NCBI GenBank assembly: GCA_028280225.1
Contig: JANQMF010000025.1
Coordinates: 1-24,000, forward strand
DNA: 24,000 nucleotides
Source of the DNA: Pseudomonadales bacterium
GTDB lineage: Bacteria; Pseudomonadota; Gammaproteobacteria; Pseudomonadales; Azotimanducaceae
Direction of reading: 5' to 3'
The translations under genes and the position numbers were made by a program. Below the pieces are notes generated by a model. That model was not told the DNA's origin. It ran no database searches and worked only from the letters and a program-made list of their open reading frames with translations. Shown piece by piece: positions 7,420-15,383 of the stretch (position 1 is the stretch's first letter; every line of letters starts with the position of its first letter).

Positions 7420-9669
7420 TTAGAAAACAACCTTAAGTGTTGCCCCGGCATTAAAACCGGGTTGGGTGAACCGCTCCGGCGCATCGCCGCCAATGGAAAG
7501 GGTGTCCGCCCAGCGAATGTACTCCCGATCCGTGACGTTAAAGAGCCCAACATTCAGCGTAATGCTGTCTGTGATATCAACGTAGGCCAACACGTCAACA
7601 ATGCCGTAGCCCGAGGTGGCCGGGCGTTCGCTGTCCGAAGCGATGTCACTTTCGTCCTTGCCTTCCACCAGGGTCATCACCACCTGGCCTCCCCAACGTC
7701 CACTTTGAGCGTCATACACCAGGCCCAGCACCGCAGTTAAGGGGTTAATCGTCTCCAGCGGCTCATCCCGCTCCAGATCTTCGCCGTCGGCATAAGCCAG
7801 TGAATAGCGCAGGCCAAACCCGGCAAGCGCTTCACTCAGCTCACCCAGCTCCACTAATCCGCTCAGCTCAACACCGTCTATTTCCACCTCCGCTCGGTTG
7901 ACCGACTGAAAGGTGCGAAAACCATCTACAGGGTCTATGCCACCGGTTGCCAAAAATTGGGGGGCCAGGGATAAGGGGTCAATAAAATCTTCGTACTCGT
8001 TGCTGAATACGGTCAACAGCATGTCACCGTAGCGGCCGTCCCAACGCAGGCCCAACTCGATACCTTCACTGGTTTCGGACACCAGATCGGGATTGGCAAT
8101 GGTTTTATAACCCCCCAGTGGATTGGTAAAACCAACGTTCACATCGTCGTAGGGGGGTGCACGGAAGCCTTCGCTATATCGGGCAAAGGTAGACCACGCC
8201 TCATTAAGCTGATACACCACGGACAAGGAGGTGGTGACCTCGGAGTCGTCATAGTCCTGGGGCAACTCGGTGCCCGGATTACCCGCCAGATAGATGGCAT
8301 CCGCCTGGGTGTCCGCATCAAATTGATCGTATCGTACCCCCGGGGTGACCCGGAGCTTGCCGTCCAGGAATATGATTTCGTCCTGAATAAAGTAGGCTAT
8401 CTGCTCAACCTCGGTGATGGGGAAGTCCCGAGTCGGCAGCGGAGAAAACTCAAACAGCGGGGTGCCGTCCAGGCTAAAGGTACCCCCGTTCCGCAAGGAC
8501 TTGTTGTCCGTCGCGTAATAATCCACACCATAGGTCAGCGTGTGGGCTACTTCCCCAGTGTTGAACGAAGACCCAAATTGCACCAGCGCCCCTTCAATTT
8601 CCTGTTCAAACTCTGAATAGCGGAACCGGGTTTGTGGCCCGCTTGCCGCAGTACGCATTTCGTTGGTGAGTTGCTCGCTGGTACCGGTTTGCTGATATAC
8701 CTTCAGCGCCAGGTGATTCAGCCAGCCTTCCTCACGGTCGTAGTGATAGTCAATGACCCATTTCTGCCGCTCGCGTTCGTCCCGGGCATCCCGGCTGTTA
8801 ATCAAGGTGCCGCGCACAAATGCACCGTAGTCGGACAATATTTGCGCATCGTTGGTGTGCTCAAACTGTTCATAAGAGAGCAGAAAGTTATGTCCCTCCC
8901 AGGGTGTGAATTCCAGTTTCGCCAGAATGGAATCCACCTCAATATCCTGGGGATCCGCCTCCTGGCGTTGCGCGGCGGTGTACCCTGACGAGCCTTGAGT
9001 CTCTGTCTCTTCAGCATCCCGGTGGGTATACGATATCAGGCCGGCAATCTGTTCGTTGCCCAGCGCCAGGGTGGTGGAAGCATTTAAGCTGCTGTCGTCA
9101 CTGGAATAACCGGCGTTGATGTCAGCATAAAACCCTTCTGCGTCGCTGACATAGTAGCTGGGTTTTTTGGTGGTAAAGGAAACAATGCCGCCCAGGGCAT
9201 CGCTGCCGTACAGGGACGATATGGGTCCCCGGGCAATCTCCACCAGTTCGATGCTGTCAACATCCACAAAGTCCCGGCGGGAATCCAGGAACGGGCCAAA
9301 ACTGAATTCATCCGGCACCCGCACACCATCCACAATGGTCAGCACCCGATTGCCTTCTATTCCTCTGATATTAAAACCGGATAAGCCGAACCGGCTGCCG
9401 GTGCCACTGACCGACACCCCCGGCTCGAAACGCACCAGATCAGCAATGTCCCGGGTGATCTGACGCTCAAGTTCTTCTGCGGTGATAACGGATATAGATG
9501 CCCCAACTTCGTTCACCTGCCGCTCGGTCCGGGTGCCTACGACTGTCATTACCTCGGTTTCCTGGTCTGCAGCCGCCTGTCCAGTCTCAGCAAAAATATG
9601 CCCTGAGGAAACCAGCGTCAGCAATGTCAGCCATGTGGCGCAAAGTGAAATGGTTTGTTTGTGAGCCAT
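7420..9669 (-). CDS. TonB-dependent heme/hemoglobin-type outer-membrane receptor
   Basis: The plug region reads TVVGTRTERQVNEVGASISVIT…IEIARGP.S.LYGSDALGG. FRAP (8155-8166) and an NPDL variant of the NPNL box (8083-8094) are characteristic of heme receptors. The C-terminus is …ATLKVVF. The start is chosen at ATG 9667-9669, preceded by AAGGAG 6 nt upstream and giving signal peptide MAHKQ…GHIFA/ET. An alternative ATG at 9702 overlaps the upstream ORF stop (ATGA). Confidence 0.85.
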   Translation of the reverse strand: MAHKQTISLCATWLTLLTLVSSGHIFAETGQAAADQETEVMTVVGTRTERQVNEVGASISVITAEELERQITRDIADLVRFEPGVSVSGTGSRFGLSGFNIRGIEGNRVLTIVDGVRVPDEFSFGPFLDSRRDFVDVDSIELVEIARGPISSLYGSDALGGIVSFTTKKPSYYVSDAEGFYADINAGYSSDDSSLNASTTLALGNEQIAGLISYTHRDAEETETQGSSGYTAAQRQEADPQDIEVDSILAKLEFTPWEGHNFLLSYEQFEHTNDAQILSDYGAFVRGTLINSRDARDERERQKWVIDYHYDREEGWLNHLALKVYQQTGTSEQLTNEMRTAASGPQTRFRYSEFEQEIEGALVQFGSSFNTGEVAHTLTYGVDYYATDNKSLRNGGTFSLDGTPLFEFSPLPTRDFPITEVEQIAYFIQDEIIFLDGKLRVTPGVRYDQFDADTQADAIYLAGNPGTELPQDYDDSEVTTSLSVVYQLNEAWSTFARYSEGFRAPPYDDVNVGFTNPLGGYKTIANPDLVSETSEGIELGLRWDGRYGDMLLTVFSNEYEDFIDPLSLAPQFLATGGIDPVDGFRTFQSVNRAEVEIDGVELSGLVELGELSEALAGFGLRYSLAYADGEDLERDEPLETINPLTAVLGLVYDAQSGRWGGQVVMTLVEGKDESDIASDSERPATSGYGIVDVLAYVDITDSITLNVGLFNVTDREYIRWADTLSIGGDAPERFTQPGFNAGATLKVVF

Positions 9670-9698
9670 GCCCAACTCCTTAGAAAATACAGACGGCA

Positions 9699-10019
9699 TC
9701 ATCCGTCTAAGCGGGTTAAATCAATGGGCCGTTCGGCGGTGGGAAGTTGCCGGGAGACCATGGCATCAGCCAGCCGGATTAAGATAGCCGCAGTGCGCTC
9801 GTGGCCTTCTGCGGCAATAATCCGATTCACCGCCATGTTCAACAGGGCATTATCGAATCTTGCCTGAATATTTGGGCTGACATCGAGGAACACCTTGGGC
9901 ATCACTGCTTCCAGCAGGCTCATGGCAGTTTTTGTATCTTTAACCTCCTGATCCAGGACGGTTCTGTCACCGGCTTTAACCAGATCTCTCGCTAGTGCTT
10001 CCACGCGTCGTATTCCCAA
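9699..10019 (-). CDS. Hypothetical small protein, first ORF of the heme-uptake operon
   Basis: 106-aa ORF with a TTG start as drawn. The internal GTG or ATG starts are also possible. It has no signal peptide and I recognise no family. It is retained because of its position and its stop/start overlap with the receptor ORF. Confidence 0.45.
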   Translation of the reverse strand: MGIRRVEALARDLVKAGDRTVLDQEVKDTKTAMSLLEAVMPKVFLDVSPNIQARFDNALLNMAVNRIIAAEGHERTAAILIRLADAMVSRQLPTAERPIDLTRLDG

Positions 10020-10053
10020 CCGTTAAACGAAGCGCTATTCGAACCTATTTTAA

Positions 10054-10080
10054 TTGCAAATGCAAATCGTTCTCATTAAT
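10054..10080. promoter_or_regulatory. Overlapping Fur boxes between the heme operon and the MFS gene
   Basis: GCAAATGCAAATCGTTCTC (10056-10074) matches 13 of 19 consensus positions. An overlapping GCAAATCGTTCTCATTAAT (10062-10080) matches 11 of 19. The site is an AT-rich patch in otherwise GC-rich DNA. It shares the GCAAAT…TTCTCATT flavour with the other boxes in this window. Confidence 0.6.
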
Positions 10081-10246
10081 ATTCGCGAAATGAATGCCGT
10101 GTCCAAGGCAAACTCAAGTACGTGAGTCACCCACAGCCCAGATCAACCCATGATGCAAGCGATGGATCAACAACAACCCCAGCACACCATGTTGGGTTGC
10201 GCCGGCCACCCAAATGGAGCTGCACCACATGCATAAGGGGCGGGTA

Positions 10247-11431
10247 ATGGCCGTGTTAGCACCCGGGCTTATTGCCTATTCCATGGGGCAAACAGTGCTA
10301 TTCGCCGTGGCCGGACCCGCTTTTCGGGAAATGGGGCTGCGTGAGTCTCAACTTGGGCTGATCATTTCCGCATCCGCTGTTGTATTTGTCTTTTCTTCCG
10401 CATTCTGGGGCAAAATTGCAGACCGCTGGGGCCGCCGTCCCTCCATCCTGTTTGGGCTGACCACCTATGGTTTAATCAGCCTGGCCTTTGCGGGGGTGAT
10501 GCAGCTTGGGCTGACCGCCCAGATGGCGGCAACAACCGCCTTTGTGTGGCTGCTGGTGTTGCGCCTGCTATACGCTGCCCTGGGGGCGGGTATTCAACCG
10601 GCATCCGTTGCGCTGATGGTGGACTTATCCGATGAAAACAACCGCTCTTCCGCAATTGCGGTTGTCGGCGCCGCCTTTGGCATCGGCATGGTTCTGGGCC
10701 CGGCTTCCGCTGCGGGATTGGTCAGCTTCGGCTTGTTGACACCCTTATACGCCATTGCCCTGTTTGGCATATTTGCCGCCATTCTGGCCGGTCTGTTTCT
10801 GCCATCGGATCAGATTCGTGAATCTGATGACGCGGAGGAAAGGGATATGGACAAGGGTCCTCTCCTGCCACTGATCGGCGCGGGCTTGTGTTTTTATGTG
10901 GCCATGTCGATCCTGCAACAGACCTTTGCCTTTAACCTGCAGGATGTGCTGGATACAAACAGCACCGATGCTGCCCAGCTGACCGGCTACTGCTTTATGG
11001 CCATTGCCATCGGCACCTTGGCGATGCAGGGGGGTGTCATTCAAGTGCTGAAGCCCGAACCGAAAACGCTGCTGTTTGTGGGGTTTCCCTTTGTTCTGGC
11101 CGGGATCATCCTGTATGCCCGGGCAGACGGTTTTGCCCTGATGCTCACCGCCGCAGTACTGATGGGTTGCGGTTTTGGCCTGACCACCCCCGGGCTGCTG
11201 TCCGCTGCCTCCTTACTCAGCGACAACACCCAACAAGGCAAGATTGCCGGCATTATGCAAGCGACCATGTCCGCCGGATATGTCATTGGTCCCCTCTGCG
11301 GCACCCTGCTGTACGAGGCAAACCGGCTTTTTGCCGCCGGCGCTGCTGTCGCCACCACCGCTATCGCCGGTATTCTGGTCTTGCTGTGGGCCCTCAAAAT
11401 AAGGCACCCGCAACCCGGACATTCCGCTTAA
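10247..11431 (+). CDS. MFS transporter (12-TM, DHA1/TCR-Tet-like)
   Basis: Hydrophobic 12-TM pattern with the MFS loop motif GKIADRWGRRPSILFG (the G-x3-D-R-x-G-R-R type between TM2 and TM3). The start is taken at ATG 10247, preceded by AAGGGG. The ORF-track start at 10214 is also an ATG. Confidence 0.85.
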   Translation: MAVLAPGLIAYSMGQTVLFAVAGPAFREMGLRESQLGLIISASAVVFVFSSAFWGKIADRWGRRPSILFGLTTYGLISLAFAGVMQLGLTAQMAATTAFVWLLVLRLLYAALGAGIQPASVALMVDLSDENNRSSAIAVVGAAFGIGMVLGPASAAGLVSFGLLTPLYAIALFGIFAAILAGLFLPSDQIRESDDAEERDMDKGPLLPLIGAGLCFYVAMSILQQTFAFNLQDVLDTNSTDAAQLTGYCFMAIAIGTLAMQGGVIQVLKPEPKTLLFVGFPFVLAGIILYARADGFALMLTAAVLMGCGFGLTTPGLLSAASLLSDNTQQGKIAGIMQATMSAGYVIGPLCGTLLYEANRLFAAGAAVATTAIAGILVLLWALKIRHPQPGHSA

Positions 11432-12093
11432 CCGGGCTTCAGGCCGTTCACTATGATATTCGCCTGACGCGCGTAACTCTGCTCAAAATCCGGCGGCAAC
11501 ATCTGGTTCAGCGCAGCCTCCAGATTAGGAAACTGTTCCAGCTCGTCTTCACTCAATTGCAGGACCTTATAGCCGTATTGGCCATTTTCCTCTTCCAGCC
11601 GCACAAGCTGTTCCTCCTTTTGCACAAAGGTAAAGACATGATCCAACACCAGGCCATAGGCCTGAAACGCGCCCAGGGGCGAAAAGCCATCGCGGATTAA
11701 CACCGCTAGAGAATATTCAACAATGGTGAACGCAGCAGGGGTTGTTGGGCCAATTTTTATGCCATAGGCGCTTGCACCCGGGGTGCGTTTCAGCGCAACT
11801 CTGAAGCTCTGTCCCAATTCCAGCAGATAACGATCCCAGGGCAGGCCGGCATCCGGCAGCGACACCCGGGCACAAAAAGTATCCATACACTCATCCAACA
11901 ACGCTTCCCGGGACGCTACATAGCGGTATAGCGCGGTGGTGGAGACGCCCAATTCTCTGGCCAAACCATGCATGGACAGATTGTCGACACCCATCCTCAG
12001 GGCAGCTTCGACTATTTTTTCTTTGTTGATCAGCGGTGGCCGCCCCCCAACCGAAGGCGGTTCACTTTGCAAAGCTCGTCGATGCCGTTTCAT
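11428..12093 (-). CDS. TetR/AcrR family transcriptional regulator
   Basis: The N-terminal HTH reads KEKIVEAALRMGVDNLSMHGLARELGVSTTALYRYVASREALLDE. It is divergent from the RND operon and convergent with the MFS gene. Confidence 0.9.
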   Translation of the reverse strand: MKRHRRALQSEPPSVGGRPPLINKEKIVEAALRMGVDNLSMHGLARELGVSTTALYRYVASREALLDECMDTFCARVSLPDAGLPWDRYLLELGQSFRVALKRTPGASAYGIKIGPTTPAAFTIVEYSLAVLIRDGFSPLGAFQAYGLVLDHVFTFVQKEEQLVRLEEENGQYGYKVLQLSEDELEQFPNLEAALNQMLPPDFEQSYARQANIIVNGLKPG

Positions 12094-12187
12094 ACCTGTG
12101 TCCTGAAACCATGTGTACTAGAGCAAGAGGCCAGGCCCGCAGCCGGGAGATCCATAATCATAACAATCTTTGGCTCCACGCTGCATT

Positions 12188-12206
12188 GATAATGATTCTC
12201 ATTCGT
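12188..12206. promoter_or_regulatory. Fur box overlapping the RND-operon promoter
   Basis: GATAATGATTCTCATTCGT matches 14 of 19 consensus positions, with the first 9 nt perfect. It lies inside a sigma70-like promoter: TTGATA (12186-12191), a 17-nt spacer, then TTTAAT (12209-12214). A weaker second site (12 of 19) containing ATAATCAT lies at 12147-12165. Confidence 0.7.
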
Positions 12207-12244
12207 TGTTTAATAATATTAACTAATCAAGTTGACGCCTCAAC

Positions 12245-14590
12245 ATGTCCATCGAATCAAGATCCATGCGCACAGCCCGCGTCATCATTCAACATCGCTG
12301 GTGGTATCTGTTACTCACAACCCTGTTGACCTTCCTCACGGCCAGTCAGCTTCCGCACCTAAAGATCGACAACTCCAACGAATCATTTTTTCAGACCGGC
12401 GATCCCACTAAGTTAAGGCTGGACCGGTTTAAAGAGACCTTTGGCAACGACGATTTTGTCTTTGTCCTGGTTGACGTGAACAACGCATTTGATCCGCAAA
12501 CTTTACGGGCACTCCAAGGGTTGGCCGAACGCCTGGATCGGGAAGTCCCACACTTGCTGGACCTGACCTGGATCGGCAATGTGGAATGGATAGAGGGGGT
12601 CCCCGGCGGCATTGTCATCGACGAGCTGATTCCCGACTTGAATTTACCGGCATCCGAACTGGGTGAGATTAGCGCCAGGGCATTGGCAGACCCCTTATAT
12701 CGCGACCGCCTGGTGTCCGCTGATGCCCGCACCGTAGGAATACTGTTGGAGTTCGAAAACTACCCGGAATTGGGTATTGATCCACGCAAAGAAAGCCCAC
12801 CGGTCATCCAGGCCATTGTTGACGACTTTAAGACTTTCGAAACCCATCTGGTGGGTGGCCCGATCATGGACTACGACATGGACAACCAGACCGCAGTGGA
12901 GGCACCCCGCTGGATGATGGGTGCGCTCCTGGGCATGTGTCTGGTACTTGCCTTTACCACCCGATCTGTTTTGGGTGTTCTGGTACCCGCCGCCACCGTG
13001 ATCCTCAGCGTCATCTGGACCATGGGTTTTGTCTCCATGCTTGGGTTCACGCTGAACCTGCTGGTTATCCTGGTACCTACCCTAATTCTGTGTGTGGGTA
13101 TTGGCGATACCATGCATGTGGTTGCGGAACTCCAGCAGCACGAGCGAACGGGATTAAGCCGCAAAAACGCCTTGATCGCTACCTTGGATTTAGTCACCCG
13201 GCCCATCATCCTCACCACGTTGACCACCGCCATAGGCTTTTTAGCCTTTGTCGCCACTGATCTGATCCCCTTACAACAATTGGGTGTCCAGGCGGCGCTG
13301 GGGGTGGTAATTGCCTTTGTTTTGACCTTCATTTTTGCCGTCCCCGTGCTGTCCTTCAGGACCGCGCGCTGGCGCAAGGCGGAAACGGCACCTAAGGAGG
13401 ATAAAAAGACGGACCTATTTGATCGTCTGCTGACCCGGACCGGCAACTTTGTCACCGCCAATCCGCTGTTGATCGGCGGCACATTTTTGGTTTTGACCGT
13501 CGTGGCCCTGGTTGGCATGTCCCGGCTGATTGTCGAAACCAATACCATCCAGGATCTGCCTAACGATAACCCGCTGCGCGTGGCGTTCGAATATGTAGAC
13601 AGCAAAATGGGCGGATCCATGTCCATCGAAATTGTTGTTGATACCCGGCAACCCGATGGCATTAAAAATATCGATTTATTGCGCCAGGTTGAGCGCCTGC
13701 AGACCTTCCTTGGACAACAACCCGAGGTTACCCAGACCTCCAGTGTATTGGATCAACTCAAACAGATGCACCGCGCGGTACATGAGAATAACCCGGCCGC
13801 TTACCAACTGCCCGACGGCAGCAACCAGGTTGCCGAATATCTGTTGCTGTACGAGAGTGGCGGGGGTAACCAACTGGACAGTTTTGTCAGCTTTACCTAC
13901 GACCAGATCAGGGTACAAGCCAGAACCAAGTCCATTGCGCTGCGTGATGTTGAACGCCTGCAACAGGCTATCAACAACTTTGTAGAGGCAGAATTTTCCG
14001 GCAACGTGAGCGTCTACGACACCGGCACCCTGAGTATGTTTGCACGGATTGCCGATTTGATCGCCAAGGGGCAGTTGCAAAGTTTCTCCCTGGCATTTGT
14101 TGCCATCGCCCTGGTGATGATTGTCACCCTGCGGTCAATTGCGCTGGGCGCTATTGCCATGATCCCAAACGTGCTGCCCGTGGTTTTTGCCCTGGGCGCC
14201 ATGGGCTGGTTCGGTGCTCAATTAAATATGATCGGGATGGTTCTGGCCCCCATGATCCTGGGGGTTGCGGTAGACGATACCGTCCATTTCTTTGTTCGCT
14301 ACCGGCGCTATTTTCACGAAACAGGAAACTACACACAGGCTTACCTCAAAACCCTGAGAACCGTTGGCCGACCACTGCTCTTTACCACCCTGGTGCTCAT
14401 TGTTGGCTTTAGCGGCTTTCTGCTATCAATTTTCGCCGGACCACGGAATTTTGCCTTGGCGTCCATGCTCGCCTTTTCTACCGCTTTGTTGGCGGAATTC
14501 TTACTGGTCCCCGTATTGTTGTCCTGGCTCAAACCCCTGGGCCGGGAAGAAGCAGCCAATACCGTCAACTCACCGCTGATTACCACCTGA
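12245..14590 (+). CDS. RND-superfamily transporter, MMPL/HpnN-like (COG1033-type, two 6-TM bundles)
   Basis: 781 aa. N-terminus …RVIIQHRWWYLLLTTLLTF… The architecture is duplicated, with two hydrophobic blocks each preceded by a large soluble loop. The motifs …ILCVGIGDTMHVV… and …ILGVAVDDTVHFF… are typical of the exporter family. An alternative start is ATG 12266. Confidence 0.85.
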   Translation: MSIESRSMRTARVIIQHRWWYLLLTTLLTFLTASQLPHLKIDNSNESFFQTGDPTKLRLDRFKETFGNDDFVFVLVDVNNAFDPQTLRALQGLAERLDREVPHLLDLTWIGNVEWIEGVPGGIVIDELIPDLNLPASELGEISARALADPLYRDRLVSADARTVGILLEFENYPELGIDPRKESPPVIQAIVDDFKTFETHLVGGPIMDYDMDNQTAVEAPRWMMGALLGMCLVLAFTTRSVLGVLVPAATVILSVIWTMGFVSMLGFTLNLLVILVPTLILCVGIGDTMHVVAELQQHERTGLSRKNALIATLDLVTRPIILTTLTTAIGFLAFVATDLIPLQQLGVQAALGVVIAFVLTFIFAVPVLSFRTARWRKAETAPKEDKKTDLFDRLLTRTGNFVTANPLLIGGTFLVLTVVALVGMSRLIVETNTIQDLPNDNPLRVAFEYVDSKMGGSMSIEIVVDTRQPDGIKNIDLLRQVERLQTFLGQQPEVTQTSSVLDQLKQMHRAVHENNPAAYQLPDGSNQVAEYLLLYESGGGNQLDSFVSFTYDQIRVQARTKSIALRDVERLQQAINNFVEAEFSGNVSVYDTGTLSMFARIADLIAKGQLQSFSLAFVAIALVMIVTLRSIALGAIAMIPNVLPVVFALGAMGWFGAQLNMIGMVLAPMILGVAVDDTVHFFVRYRRYFHETGNYTQAYLKTLRTVGRPLLFTTLVLIVGFSGFLLSIFAGPRNFALASMLAFSTALLAEFLLVPVLLSWLKPLGREEAANTVNSPLITT

Positions 14591-14605
14591 GCCTTGGAGG
14601 GCACC

Positions 14606-15379
14606 ATGCATATCCGCATTCTAATCTGCATAAGCACTTTGTTGCTGACCCATATCGCAAACGCCACGCAACTCAGCGGCAGGGAAGTTGCGTTAAAAAT
14701 GGATGCCATCGACACCTCTTCGGACGGCACCCGGGATGCCACCATGGTGATCCAGCGGGGTAACCAGCAGTTGGTCAGAAAGCTGGCCATTTTGAATAAG
14801 AAATTTGGTGAAGACGAGCGATCACTGATCCGTTTTGTGGCACCTGCGGATGTCCGCGATACGCAATACCTGTCCTGGACCTATGAGGATCCCCAGCAGG
14901 AGGATGATATGTGGGTCTTCTTCCCCTCGGACAATCTGGTTCGCCGCATCAGCGGTGGGGGCAAAAAGGGTTCCTTTATGCGCAGCGATTTTGCCAACGA
15001 AGATATTGAGAACCGCGCGGTTGACGACGATGTCCACACCTTTGTTGAGCTGTCTAAGCTGAACACCCGGGATGTCTATGTGATTGAATCAAAACCCATA
15101 GCCGCCAAGGCCAAGGATTCAAACTACCATCACCGTCGGTCCTGGGTGGATCAGGAGTATTGGATTCCGCTGCAGATTGAGTACTACGACACCAGGGGAC
15201 GGTTGATCAAACGGCTGTCTCAAGGGGACATCCAACACATTGATGGCATTTGGACCGCTACTAAACTGGTTATGGAAACACCGCGCAGAAAGTCCAAAAC
15301 ACTCATGCAGTACGACAATGTGCGCTTTAACGTTGGTCATGCCACCAGCCGTTTTGAGCAAAGTGCCTTAAAGCGTTAA
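14606..15379 (+). CDS. LolA-like outer-membrane lipoprotein-sorting/carrier family protein (periplasmic)
   Basis: Signal peptide MHIRILICISTLLLTHIANA. The body (…RKLAILNKKFGEDERSLIRFVAPADVRDTQYLSWTY…MWVFFPSDNLVRRISGGGKKGSFMRSDFANEDI…) matches my memory of the LolA_like family that accompanies COG1033 transporters. GGAGG lies 5 nt before the ATG. The ORF-track start at 14594 is a TTG. Confidence 0.65.
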   Translation: MHIRILICISTLLLTHIANATQLSGREVALKMDAIDTSSDGTRDATMVIQRGNQQLVRKLAILNKKFGEDERSLIRFVAPADVRDTQYLSWTYEDPQQEDDMWVFFPSDNLVRRISGGGKKGSFMRSDFANEDIENRAVDDDVHTFVELSKLNTRDVYVIESKPIAAKAKDSNYHHRRSWVDQEYWIPLQIEYYDTRGRLIKRLSQGDIQHIDGIWTATKLVMETPRRKSKTLMQYDNVRFNVGHATSRFEQSALKR

Positions 15380-15383
15380 ACCA

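Noticed and set aside
10091-10126. Tiny 11-codon ORF (MNAVSKANSST*) just downstream of the Fur boxes on the plus strand, considered as a possible leader peptide.
   Set aside because: It has no RBS and no terminator or antiterminator structure, and there is no way to check conservation from this window alone. It is most likely chance.
12871-13662. Long antisense ORF (263 aa, minus strand) inside the RND gene. Similar shadow ORFs occur at 3288-3896 (-), 5256-5987 (+), 17873-18412 (-), 21030-21590 (-) and 22398-22751 (-).
   Set aside because: Each lies entirely within a strongly supported gene on the opposite strand. Their translations are low-complexity and rich in Arg, Pro, Ser and Thr, which is typical of out-of-frame reading of GC-rich coding DNA. 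None has an RBS or a recognisable motif.
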